The notes beneath the pieces were generated by a model. It saw nothing but the letters and a program-made list of their open reading frames with translations, was not told the DNA's origin and made no database searches. From contig OZ241875.1 in assembly GCA_965203325.1 (NCBI GenBank), forward strand, positions 1,664,001 to 1,728,000: a stretch of DNA of 64,000 nt, written 5' to 3'. Positions 42,469-51,568 of this stretch are shown here, one piece after another. Origin of the DNA: a bacterium. Lineage in GTDB: Bacteria > UBA8248. Numbering within the stretch: position 1 is the stretch's first letter; every line of letters starts with the position of its first letter. The position numbers and the translations under genes were made by a program.

Positions 42469-43628
42469 AACCGCTTCACGGCGTCCGCGATGCGGTCCAC
42501 GGCCCGCTCCAGATTCTCCACGCTGTTGGCGAAGCACATCCTGAGGTGATTATCCGCATGGACGCCGAACGCGGAGCCTGGCAGCGTCGCCACGCCGACC
42601 TCGTCGAGAAGATAGTCGGCGAAATCATCCGCGCTCATGGGAATCCGGCTCACGTTGGGGAACGCATAGAAAGCGCCGTCGGGATATTGACAAGAAACGC
42701 CTTCCACCTCGTTGAGACCCGAGATGAAGATGTCGCGCCTGCGCCTGAAATCATCCATCATGGCGCGGCTCTCGGATTGATCCTCCAGAAGTCCCTTCGC
42801 ACCCGCCAGTTGGATAAAAGGCGGCACGCAGCTCACCGAGTTGGTGATGAGCTGGGCGAGCGGCTCGGCGAGCGCGGCCGGTGCGGCGATGAAGCCGAGG
42901 CGCCAGCCGGTCATGGCGTAAGTCTTGGAGAACGTCTCGAGCATGATGGTGCGCTCGCGCATCCCCGGCAGCGTGGCGAGCGATACGTGTTCTCCCTCGA
43001 AGAGCATGTGGGCGTAGACCTCATCCGACAGGACGATGATGTCGTTTTCCACGGCGATCTCCGCGATGGCTTCGAGTTCGTTCCTCGTCAGCGTCCCGCC
43101 GGTGGGGTTGTGCGGGTAGTTCAGGATGAGGAGGCGGGTCTTTTCGGTGACGCGCGCGCGCAGATCGTCGGGCGTGAAGCGGAAGTTGTTCTCCTCCAGT
43201 ATCGGCAGCGGCACGGGCTTCGCGCCCGCATAGAGCGCCACGGACTCGTAGACCGGAAAGCCCGGGTCTGGGTAGATCACCTCATCGCCCGGCCCCGCCG
43301 TCGCCATGATGGTGTAGTAGAGAAACGGCTTGCCTCCCGGACCGACGACAATCTCATCCGGGGAATAATCCCCGCGCCCGTCGCGCCCGAGCCACTCGCA
43401 AGCCGCTTCGCGAAGCTCCAGCACGCCCGCGGAGGGGCAATAGTGCGTCTTGCCCGCCTTGAGTTGCGCATACGCCTCTTCGACGATGCTTGATGGCGTG
43501 TCGAAGTCGGTATCGCCAATCTCCAGGTGGATGATGTCCCGGCCCTGACGCTCCATCTCGCTCGCCTTGGCGAGGACCACGAACGCGCTTTCCGTTTTGA
43601 GCAGATTCATCCGATCAGCCAGACGCAT
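42465..43628 (-). CDS. class I/II PLP aminotransferase (aspartate aminotransferase-like)
   Basis: NYPHNPTG, LSDEVY, FSKTYAMTGWRLG, GAFYAFP. Confidence 0.93.
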   Translation of the reverse strand: MRLADRMNLLKTESAFVVLAKASEMERQGRDIIHLEIGDTDFDTPSSIVEEAYAQLKAGKTHYCPSAGVLELREAACEWLGRDGRGDYSPDEIVVGPGGKPFLYYTIMATAGPGDEVIYPDPGFPVYESVALYAGAKPVPLPILEENNFRFTPDDLRARVTEKTRLLILNYPHNPTGGTLTRNELEAIAEIAVENDIIVLSDEVYAHMLFEGEHVSLATLPGMRERTIMLETFSKTYAMTGWRLGFIAAPAALAEPLAQLITNSVSCVPPFIQLAGAKGLLEDQSESRAMMDDFRRRRDIFISGLNEVEGVSCQYPDGAFYAFPNVSRIPMSADDFADYLLDEVGVATLPGSAFGVHADNHLRMCFANSVENLERAVDRIADAVKRL

Positions 43629-43645
43629 AATTCATCCCCGTTTCT

Positions 43646-44251
43646 TCAAATCGCCGAGTGAAGAGGCGCGTCCGTCACGACGCCGCACCTCATGAGCATA
43701 TTCAACACTTCCGCGACGGGCAGCCCCACGACGTTGGTGTAGCTTCCCTCCACCCTGTCCACGAGGCTCCCGCCCATCCCCTGAATCGCGTACGCGCCCG
43801 CCTTGTCCATCGGCTCGCCGCTCTCGGCGTAGCGCGCGATGGCCTCCTCGTCAAGCAGCCGGAACGACACCTTGGTCGATACCGCCTCCTCGTGGTTGGA
43901 TTCCGGCCCCCGGAGCGTGAACGCGGTGATCACCTCGTGCGTCCGCCCCGAAAGCAACCCCAGCATGCGCGCGGCGTCGCACGCGCTCGAAGGCTTTCCC
44001 AGAATCTCCCCGTCGAGAACGACCACCGTATCGGCGCCGAGAACGAACGCGCCCGGATTCATCTTCGCCACGCAACCCGCCTTCGCCTGTGCGCGGCGCA
44101 TGGCCTCCTCTTCGGCCGCAAGCCCCGGCGCGACCTCCTCCTCCACGTCCGGGGGCGCTGGCGCGACGCCGAAAACAAGGCCCGCATCTTCCAGGAGCCG
44201 TTTTCTGCGCGGGGAACCCGAAGCCAGAATGAAATGCTGAAGCTGTCGCAA
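43646..44251 (-). CDS. maf: Maf-family NTP pyrophosphatase
   Basis: ILASGSPRR, GADTVV, ILGKP, GEPMDKAGAYAIQG, NVVGLP; start approximate. Confidence 0.92.
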   Translation of the reverse strand: MRQLQHFILASGSPRRKRLLEDAGLVFGVAPAPPDVEEEVAPGLAAEEEAMRRAQAKAGCVAKMNPGAFVLGADTVVVLDGEILGKPSSACDAARMLGLLSGRTHEVITAFTLRGPESNHEEAVSTKVSFRLLDEEAIARYAESGEPMDKAGAYAIQGMGGSLVDRVEGSYTNVVGLPVAEVLNMLMRCGVVTDAPLHSAI

Positions 44252-44270
44252 GAGCCGGGCCTGCGGAGGG

Positions 44271-45266
44271 CTAATTGTCCCGATCGACAATGTAGTCGGC
44301 GACGTCGCGCAGCACGTCGACATGGAAGGAATCCGGCAGAATGGAGAGGGCCGCCTTCCCCGCCTCCACGTATCCCCGCGCCCTGTCGAGGGTGTAGTCC
44401 ACCGCGCCGTACTTGTTCATCAATTCGAGAACGTCGTCCAGGTCTTCCGCCCGGATGTCATCCGCGTGGACCACCAGGTGGTTCAACCGCTCGAACTCCG
44501 CCTCCGTGGCCCGGGCGCAGACCCGGAGCAAGGGCAGCGTCACGTTCCCCTCGCGGAGGTCCTCGCCCACGGATTTTCCCGTTATCTGTGCATCGCCCAT
44601 GTAGTCGAGGGCGTCATCGACGAGTTGAAAGGCGTAGCCGATCTGGACGCCGAACTGGTGGAGCGCGTTCGCTATCGTGGGCGGGCTGTCGGGGATCAGG
44701 GCGCCGACGCGGCAGCTCGCGGCGATGAGGGCCGCCGTCTTGCGGTAGATGACGTCGAGGTATTCCTCTTCGGTGAGCTTCAGGTTGTACATGTTGACCA
44801 GCTGGAGGACTTCTCCTTCCGAGAGCAGGGTGCAGGCCTCGCTCATGGTCTCGATGATCCGCAAGTCGGCGTCCGCGGACATGAGGGAGAAACTCTTGGC
44901 GAAGAGGAAATCGCCCACCAGCACGCTCGTCTCGTTGTTCCACTTCGCGTTGGCGGACGGGTTGCCCCGCCGCATCTGCGCGTCATCCACCACGTCGTCG
45001 TGCAGTAGCGTGGCCGTGTGGATGTACTCTACGACGCAGCCCATCGTCGTGGCGCGGCGCCCCTCGTAGCCGCACGCCTTGGCGACGAGCACCAGGAGCA
45101 TCGGGCGGATTCTCTTGCCGCCGGAGCCGATGAGGTAATCACTCACGTCGGGTATCAGGACGACGTCCGAATGGAAATTCGCGTGAATCGCTTCTTCCAC
45201 TTCCTTCATCTCGGAAGCGATTGAATCGGCAATCTCAGAAAATTTCATTTCGCCTCCGAGCGACAA
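44271..45266 (-). CDS. ispB: octaprenyl/polyprenyl-diphosphate synthase
   Basis: GGKRIRP, EYIHTATLLHDDVVD, VLVGDFL, AFQLVDDALDY, DLREG. Confidence 0.92.
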   Translation of the reverse strand: MSLGGEMKFSEIADSIASEMKEVEEAIHANFHSDVVLIPDVSDYLIGSGGKRIRPMLLVLVAKACGYEGRRATTMGCVVEYIHTATLLHDDVVDDAQMRRGNPSANAKWNNETSVLVGDFLFAKSFSLMSADADLRIIETMSEACTLLSEGEVLQLVNMYNLKLTEEEYLDVIYRKTAALIAASCRVGALIPDSPPTIANALHQFGVQIGYAFQLVDDALDYMGDAQITGKSVGEDLREGNVTLPLLRVCARATEAEFERLNHLVVHADDIRAEDLDDVLELMNKYGAVDYTLDRARGYVEAGKAALSILPDSFHVDVLRDVADYIVDRDN

Positions 45267-45337
45267 AAAACGTCTCCTGAACCGGGGCTTTGATTTCCAC
45301 GACCATTTTCCCCGATACAGGATATCAAAAGCAATTC

Positions 45338-45366
45338 AATCTATTGAGGAGGCCCACGGGTGTCAA
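45338..45366 (-). promoter_or_regulatory. sigma70 promoter of the ispB-maf operon
   Basis: TTGACA-17 nt-TAGATT on the minus strand. Confidence 0.65.
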
Positions 45367-45455
45367 GGCGATGAAACGCCCCTTTTCCTCAAGGCGAAGC
45401 TCGGCTATGTTGCCAGAAACGAGGCGTTTGTCCAACTAACGGGAGAGTTACGGTC

Positions 45456-45833
45456 TTGCAAAGAAAAATCCGGATCACCGCCGGCAGCGTCAGGGTGGAA
45501 GCCGAACTCACGGAGAGCGAAACCGCGAACGCCTTCTGGGAGGCCTTGCCGATCACCGGCGCTGCGAACGTATGGGGCGAGGAAATCTATTTCCAGATCC
45601 CCGTAGACGCGCCGCTTGAGGATTCCGCGCGCGAGGAGATGGAGGTCGGCGAGATCGCCTACTGGCCGCCCGGCAGCGCGTTCTGCATCTTTTTCGGCCG
45701 CACGCCTGCGAGCGTGGACGATGCGCCCCGCGCGGCCAGCCCCGTGAACCCGCTGGGCAGGGTGGCGGGCGACCCGAAAGATTTTCTGAGCGTCCGCTCG
45801 GGAGAAGAGGTTCGCCTGGAGAGAGCATCGTGA
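45456..45833 (+). CDS. cyclophilin-like fold protein (TM1367-like)
   Basis: WGEEIYF, GEIAYWPPGSAFCIFFGRTPAS, ASPVN. Confidence 0.85.
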   Translation: MQRKIRITAGSVRVEAELTESETANAFWEALPITGAANVWGEEIYFQIPVDAPLEDSAREEMEVGEIAYWPPGSAFCIFFGRTPASVDDAPRAASPVNPLGRVAGDPKDFLSVRSGEEVRLERAS

Positions 45834-47083
45834 ATCCCGGTGAGCCGAAAGACCTCTCGGTCCTGGTCCATTACGACGAGATCGGGCTCAAGGGGAAAAA
45901 CCGCCCGCTGTTCATCGAGCGCCTCGCGAAGCGGATCGAACGCGCGGCCTCGTTATTTTGCGAAGCGAAAGTCAGGAAACGCACGGGAAGGCTTGTTCTC
46001 GAAACGAGCGGCCTGGAAGACCCCGACGCTCTGGTAGAGGCCCTCAGGAAAGTATTCGGGGTGGCCTATTTCGCCCGGGCGCAAAGCGTTCCGCTCGACA
46101 TCGAGGCGGCGGCGAAAGTCGCGCTCGAAATGATCGCCCCTCTTAAAACCGAAAGTTTTCGCGTCCGCACCCGGAGATCGTTCCCGGCCACGCCCGTCAG
46201 CACGCGGGAGTGGGACAGGGCCATCGGCGCCGCGATCCAGGCCAGAAGGCACCTGCCGGTCGACCTGGATCGCCCCGGCCTCACGGTGCACGTCGAGGCC
46301 ATCCCGAGGGAAGCCTGGGTGTACGCCGAGAAAATTCCCGGCCCCGGCGGCCTGCCCACAGGCTCGCTCGGGAGGGTGGCGGCGCTCCTCTCGGGCGGCA
46401 TCGACTCCCCCCTGGCCGCCTGGCGGGTCATGAAGCGCGGCTGCGAGGTGGTGTTCATCCATTTTCACGGCGCGCCCTATCTCAGCCGCGCCTCCGCCGA
46501 GAAGGCGAAAGACCTGGCCGGCGTGCTGAACGGCTACCAGCTGGGGAGCAGGCTCTACATGGTGCCGTTCGGCAACCTGCAGAAAGAGATCGTCCTCGCC
46601 ACGCAGCCCGAGTACCGCGTCGTGCTCTACCGCCGGTTCATGGCGCGCATCGGGGAGCGGATAGCCGGGCTCGAGAACGCCCGCGCCCTGGTCACCGGAG
46701 AGAGCCTGGGACAGGTGGCGAGCCAGACGCTGCAGAACCTCGCCGCCATCGAGGACGCGGTGCAGACCCCGATCCTGAGGCCCCTGATCGGCATGGACAA
46801 GGACGAGATCATCGAGGGGGCGAAAGCACTCGGCACGTTCGAGATTTCCATCGAACCCGACCAGGACTGCTGCTCGCTGTTCGTGCCCAAACACCCCGCC
46901 ATCCGCTCGCACGCGGGCCACCTGCGCGGGCTGGAATCGCGCCTGCCCGTCGGGGAGATGATCGAGAAGGTCATCCAGGAGACCGAGATCATCGATTTCG
47001 AAGCGGACGGCCGGACCAGTAATCATTCCTTCGCCGAGATCCATCCCGCTGAAGAGGAAGCGGCCACCGCGCCGAACCCGTAG
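45830..47083 (+). CDS. thiI: tRNA 4-thiouridine synthase (short form without rhodanese domain)
   Basis: HYDEIGLKGKNR, THUMP domain, GPGGLP, LLSGGIDSP, TGESLGQVASQT, DCC. Confidence 0.95.
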   Translation: MNPGEPKDLSVLVHYDEIGLKGKNRPLFIERLAKRIERAASLFCEAKVRKRTGRLVLETSGLEDPDALVEALRKVFGVAYFARAQSVPLDIEAAAKVALEMIAPLKTESFRVRTRRSFPATPVSTREWDRAIGAAIQARRHLPVDLDRPGLTVHVEAIPREAWVYAEKIPGPGGLPTGSLGRVAALLSGGIDSPLAAWRVMKRGCEVVFIHFHGAPYLSRASAEKAKDLAGVLNGYQLGSRLYMVPFGNLQKEIVLATQPEYRVVLYRRFMARIGERIAGLENARALVTGESLGQVASQTLQNLAAIEDAVQTPILRPLIGMDKDEIIEGAKALGTFEISIEPDQDCCSLFVPKHPAIRSHAGHLRGLESRLPVGEMIEKVIQETEIIDFEADGRTSNHSFAEIHPAEEEAATAPNP

Positions 47084-47246
47084 GCAATCGGGCGGACACA
47101 CCGGTCCTCGGCCAGGCGCGGCCTCGGACAGGTCACGACCTGTCCGCTACGGGGTATCGCTTCCTCGGTCGGTTCGATTGCCCCTCACTTGTTGAAAGGC
47201 AACCCCCCCTACCCCGAGGAGAATCCTAAATTCACTCCCCCCTTGA

Positions 47247-48764
47247 AGGGCCTGTTGAAAAACCCCTGGTTTTGTGATCGTATGGAGTTATCCCCCCTCG
47301 CCCGAGATGGGAGTTCCCGAGATGATGGGCAGCAGGAGGCGCGAGCAGATGGAATTGTTCGTGGCCGGTTCCATGGAGCAGTTGATTCCCGAAGATCACA
47401 TATTGCGCCAGGTGGACCTCGTGCTGGATTTGAGCTGGCTTCGCGAGGAGGTGGCGGAGTGCTATTGCGCGGACAACGGTCGACCGGGGATCGACCCCGA
47501 GGTGGTGGTTCGGTTGATGCTGGCGGGTTTTCTGCTGGGCTACGCGCAGGACCGCCGCCTGCTGCGCGAGGCGCAGGCGCATCTGGCGATCCGGTGGTTC
47601 ATCGGTTACGAGTTGCACGAGGAGTTGCCGGATCATTCGAGCCTGACGCGTATCCGCCAGCGGTGGGGGGAGGCGCGCTTCAAGGAGATATTCCGGCGCA
47701 CGGTGCGGGCGTGTCTGGACGCGAGGGTGGCGAAGGGAGAAGTGGTTCACATGGACGCTTCGTTGATACGTGCGGACGTGAGCTGGGAGAGTCTGGCGGA
47801 GCGCCACGCGGAGAAGGTGGTGCGGGAGAACGACTCGGAGGATGAGGGCGGGAAGAAGGGCGGCGGCGGGGGTTCGGGTCCTGTGAGCCGAACGGACCCC
47901 GACGCTCGCCTGGCGCGCAAGAGCGCTCGGGCGGGGTTCGAGCCGAGCTACAAGCACCACGCGGTGGTGGACGATGAGCGGGGCGTTGTCCTCGACGTTG
48001 CGGTGACGGAGGGGACGTTGAACGAGCGGGAGATGATGGAGCCGCAGTTGGATGCGGTTTGCGAGCTCACGGGTCGCGCGCCCGCGGTGGTGACGGCGGA
48101 TTCGGGCTATGCGTACTCGAAGGTGTACGGCGCATTGGAGCGTCGGGGGGTGGACGCGGTGATACCGGCGAAGAAGGAGCCTTCCCAGAGCCGGGTGCCG
48201 TTGCAGCTGTTCCGCTACGATGAGCGTCACAAGGTGGTGAAGTGTCCAGGGGGCAAGACGCTGCGCCCCCGGAAGGAGACGGAGCGGGGTCGCTACTATG
48301 TATCGAGGACGCGCGATTGCGCGGGCTGCGCGCTCAGGGCCGATTGTCTGTCGAAGTCCCGCACGAGCCGGACGGTGCTGGTTCCGCATGAGTATCCGGC
48401 GCTGTTGCGCGCGCGCCGTCGCCACGCGCGCCGTGGGGAGGAGGAGGGTCGGCTGTGGCGCCGGCACATGGGTCGCTCCGAAGGCTATCACGGCGAGGCG
48501 AAGAGTTGGCACGGACTGGGGCGGGCGGTGCGCCGGGGTCTGGACAATATGAAGATCCAGGCCTACCTGACGGCGACTGCGGTGAACCTCAAGCGGCTCG
48601 CCGCCGCTGTTGCGGCGCGTTTATTCGCTCTGTGGAGGGCCTGCGCCGCCCGGAAACGCCGAATGAGCGCCTATCGCGGCTTCACGCACCGATTGGGCTT
48701 GATCTCCCAAGCCGCCTGAGCCGCTATTCAGCCCGCACCAAAACGGGGTTTTTCAACAGGCCCC
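47247..48764 (+). mobile_element. IS1182-family insertion sequence
   Basis: 20-bp TIRs AGGGCCTGTTGAAAAACCCC / GGGGTTTTTCAACAGGCCCC; 4-bp TSD TTGA at 47243-47246 and 48765-48768. Confidence 0.92.
47322..48719 (+). CDS. IS1182-family transposase
   Basis: IPEDHILR, GRPGIDP, PDHSSLTR, HMDAS, TDPDA, ADSGY, EGYHGEAK..HGLGRA..RG. Confidence 0.93.
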   Translation: MMGSRRREQMELFVAGSMEQLIPEDHILRQVDLVLDLSWLREEVAECYCADNGRPGIDPEVVVRLMLAGFLLGYAQDRRLLREAQAHLAIRWFIGYELHEELPDHSSLTRIRQRWGEARFKEIFRRTVRACLDARVAKGEVVHMDASLIRADVSWESLAERHAEKVVRENDSEDEGGKKGGGGGSGPVSRTDPDARLARKSARAGFEPSYKHHAVVDDERGVVLDVAVTEGTLNEREMMEPQLDAVCELTGRAPAVVTADSGYAYSKVYGALERRGVDAVIPAKKEPSQSRVPLQLFRYDERHKVVKCPGGKTLRPRKETERGRYYVSRTRDCAGCALRADCLSKSRTSRTVLVPHEYPALLRARRRHARRGEEEGRLWRRHMGRSEGYHGEAKSWHGLGRAVRRGLDNMKIQAYLTATAVNLKRLAAAVAARLFALWRACAARKRRMSAYRGFTHRLGLISQAA

Positions 48765-48798
48765 TTGAGGGGGGTTATTTCTCATCCGATAAAAATGG

Positions 48799-49227
48799 AT
48801 CAACTCCCCCCTTGAGGGGGAGTCGAAGAGCTAAGGGCGAAGCCCGCAAGCGATTCGGTGGGGGGACATGCCACGGATAGAAGCTCCCCCCACCACATCG
48901 GCCTTCGCATAAACCGCTCAGCTTCTGTCGGGCTTTCCCCTCGGGAAGCCCGACCCCCTCAAGGGGGGAGTTGATTTCCTCTCTCCTTGGGTAGGAGCCC
49001 CGGACAGGTCGCGACCTGTCCCTACAAACCGCAAAATCGCAACGAACCCGTAGGGGCGGCCCCCCGTGGCCGCCCGTATAGAAAACATCCATTCCCGTGG
49101 TTGTCCTTCGTCAGGACAGGCACGGGGGCCTGTCCCTACAGATGCGATTCGGTTTTGTTCGTCATTCCGGGGTTCGGCGGTACATCGAAGGGCCGTCATC
49201 CGCATATTAACCGGCGCAGGGATGACG
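48799..49227. repeat. CCCCCCTTGAGGG-type MITE (48799-48975) followed by GTAG REPs (48991-49139) and a hybrid GTCATT element
   Basis: ATCAACTCCCCCCTTGAGGG ... CCCTCAAGGGGGGAGTTGAT; same family as 2372-2555 and 56017-57567. Confidence 0.82.
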
Positions 49228-49261
49228 TCGGGGGTCGATTTCGACCGAAACGGCTTTGCTG

Positions 49262-49468
49262 GAGTCCGATAATTGTCGTTATCAGAAAATATAACACCTC
49301 TCACGGCCATGTCAAGCGCAATTCCGGCGTCTCCGGAGGGGTTTCGGGCGCCGTTTTGCGCCTATTTTCGTTTATATTTCGCTCGTTTGCGGCCCCAATG
49401 CGCCCCGAATCGGGTTTTTCGGCGGAAAACGGGGCTTCTGGGGGCCGATAACGACAATTAACGGCGCC
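49262..49468. promoter_or_regulatory. candidate invertible promoter segment bounded by two dif-like tyrosine-recombinase sites
   Basis: GAGTCCGATAA-TTGTCG-TTATCAGAAAA (49262-49289) and GGGGCCGATAA-CGACAA-TTAACGGCGCC (49441-49468); internal minus-strand TTGACA (49315-49310)-16 nt-TATATT (49293-49288) with extended TG. Confidence 0.75.
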
Positions 49469-49470
49469 CA

Positions 49471-49600
49471 GGCCGGGAAAGGTGGGCGTATACCGCAGGA
49501 ATCCGCCTCTCGCGGAAAGACTCACTACCGGCCCGGACGATGAAAGGGTTCAAGTCCGCCGTATTTCAGGCGGCCGAAAATACGAATCACCAGTTTGTGA
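49471..49600 (+). other. structured 5' leader of the surface lipoprotein gene
   Basis: Four consecutive hairpins can be drawn by eye (see findings). Confidence 0.45.
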
Positions 49601-49699
49601 AGACCCGAAATGAAAGCTGACGAAAGGAGGTTAATCGGAGAAAGCCGGAAATTCACTGAAAATCCCTTTTTCTACTGTGTATTCAGGAGGACTCACTAA

Positions 49700-51568
49700 A
49701 TGACGTTCAGAGAGAAACCGATAAGCAAGCTTTACGCTTTCGCGCTGGCGGCGGTCTTCGCGCTGACGCTGGCCGGCTGCGGCGGCGGTGGCGGGACGGC
49801 TGCAGTTGAAGAGGAACCGCCCCCGATGCCGACCCCGCAAGAGATGTGCGAGTCTGACGGCGGCCGGTACAATGCGGACGGCACGTGCACCTCGGCTGAA
49901 GACCTGGCTACTGAGCGGGAAGCCAATGCCCTGGCCGCCGCCAAAGCCGCGGCGATGACGGCGTACGAAGCCGCGAAAACGGCGCTGGCCGCCGTCACGG
50001 ACGACGCGAGCCATGACATGGATTCCTACGGCAAGGCCGAAGAAGCCGTGGCCGAAGCGAAGGCGGCGAACGCCGTGGCCCAGGCGGCCACGACCTCCGC
50101 TGCGGCCGAAGACGCCCAGGCGCTCGCCGAGACGGCGCAAGCCAACGCCGAGATGTACGCCGGGATGGTGACGGCAGCGGCAACCAAGGCCGCTGCTCGG
50201 GTGGCGCAAGAGGCGGAGAACAAGGTGGCCGGGACGAAAGGAACGGCCATTGCGGCCGAAGGCACTCAGACGACCGACGCCGGTCTCGGCGGTTCAGATG
50301 CGCCAGCCCCCACAGCCGGGCAGGTTGCAGGCGAATATAACCTAGACATCAAGCATGATGGAGGTCAGGTCGTGACTATCACCATTGAAGGCGCGACCGA
50401 AGATGACAATGAAGTGATCATGGCGAACGACATGGGTATGCACGTTCGCACGCATGATGCGGATGATGACGGCAACGTGATGGAAGAGGTCGTGGTCGTC
50501 AGGACCGACATCGAAGCGCCTAAGGCGGTGGAGTTTGCGAAGTTCGAAGTTATGGCTGCAGACGGAACCGTAACGACGCCTCAAGAGCTGAACGTCAGCA
50601 CCGACACGACCAACGATACTCCTACCGCCACGAATGAAGCTCTGGGAATAGTTGGCGGTAACCTCGGAATGGTCAAGGCCAGCGCGTTCACGGCTCCCGC
50701 CGGAACCGTTGGAACTACCGTCCTTAGTTTCCAGCAGGCGGTAGCAGACGACGCTTCGACAACAGATGTGGATGAAAGCAGGGACGCCGCCGAGCTCGCG
50801 GGCACGTTCAACGGCTCGATGGGAACGTACAAGTGTAACGCTACTGCTGCATGCACAGTTACCGTCAATGCCATGGGTGTCGTAAGCGCCGTTTCGAATG
50901 ACAGTGACTGGGTTTTCATTCCCGCCACAGGCGCAACAACCGACCAGCCGGACTACGACTACTACCACTACGGCTTCTGGCTGAAGAAAACGACGGACGA
51001 AGACGGCGTGCTCACCTACAACGAGGTCGAGACCTTCGCGGGTTCAAGCGTTAACGCGAGCGGCGATGTTGCTACCGTTACGGGAAGCGCGACGTATGAA
51101 GGCGGCGCCGTGGGCGTGTACGTGAAAAACGTGTACAACTCCGACCGCACGCTCGACGTGGCCACCTCCGGCCACTTCACGGCGGACGTCAGCCTGACGG
51201 CGACCTTCGGTCAGGTAAACAATGCTGCCGGTACAGGAACCATCGCGCCGGACAAGCTCAACACCCTCACCGGCACCATCGACAACTTCGCATTGTCCGG
51301 CGGAGAGGATAACGATTGGTCGGTGGCCTTGCAGAGTGACGGTGATCCCAACGCGGCCGGCATCCAGGCCGACAGTGACGGGACCATGGCCGGCACGGCC
51401 AAGGGCGGCGATGGCGACGGCTCGTTCACCGCCATCTACCACGGGAGCCTGACGGCCGCGGCTGATGGAACGATTCCCAAGCCCGGTTCCGTGGTCGGCG
51501 AGTTCAACGCCGGCTTCACGGACGGCACCGTGGCCGGCGCGTTCGGCGCGCGGCGGGTTGACAACTAG
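49700..51568 (+). CDS. large surface lipoprotein with TbpB-like C-terminal beta-barrel
   Basis: AGGAGG RBS; lipobox LAG-C27 followed by GGGGG; Ala-rich helical stalk; ATYEGGAVG, FTADVSLTATFG, C-terminal GEFNA..VAGAFGARR. Confidence 0.85.
   Translation: MTFREKPISKLYAFALAAVFALTLAGCGGGGGTAAVEEEPPPMPTPQEMCESDGGRYNADGTCTSAEDLATEREANALAAAKAAAMTAYEAAKTALAAVTDDASHDMDSYGKAEEAVAEAKAANAVAQAATTSAAAEDAQALAETAQANAEMYAGMVTAAATKAAARVAQEAENKVAGTKGTAIAAEGTQTTDAGLGGSDAPAPTAGQVAGEYNLDIKHDGGQVVTITIEGATEDDNEVIMANDMGMHVRTHDADDDGNVMEEVVVVRTDIEAPKAVEFAKFEVMAADGTVTTPQELNVSTDTTNDTPTATNEALGIVGGNLGMVKASAFTAPAGTVGTTVLSFQQAVADDASTTDVDESRDAAELAGTFNGSMGTYKCNATAACTVTVNAMGVVSAVSNDSDWVFIPATGATTDQPDYDYYHYGFWLKKTTDEDGVLTYNEVETFAGSSVNASGDVATVTGSATYEGGAVGVYVKNVYNSDRTLDVATSGHFTADVSLTATFGQVNNAAGTGTIAPDKLNTLTGTIDNFALSGGEDNDWSVALQSDGDPNAAGIQADSDGTMAGTAKGGDGDGSFTAIYHGSLTAAADGTIPKPGSVVGEFNAGFTDGTVAGAFGARRVDN

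Noticed and set aside
49262..49289. Left recombination site as the chromosomal dif
   Set aside because: It lacks the conserved XerD arm TTATGTTAAAT and has an inverted partner ~180 bp away; better explained as an inversion site
49617..49650. CTGACGA...GAAA resembling a hammerhead ribozyme core
   Set aside because: Stems II and III cannot be formed with the required closing pair in any permutation I tried
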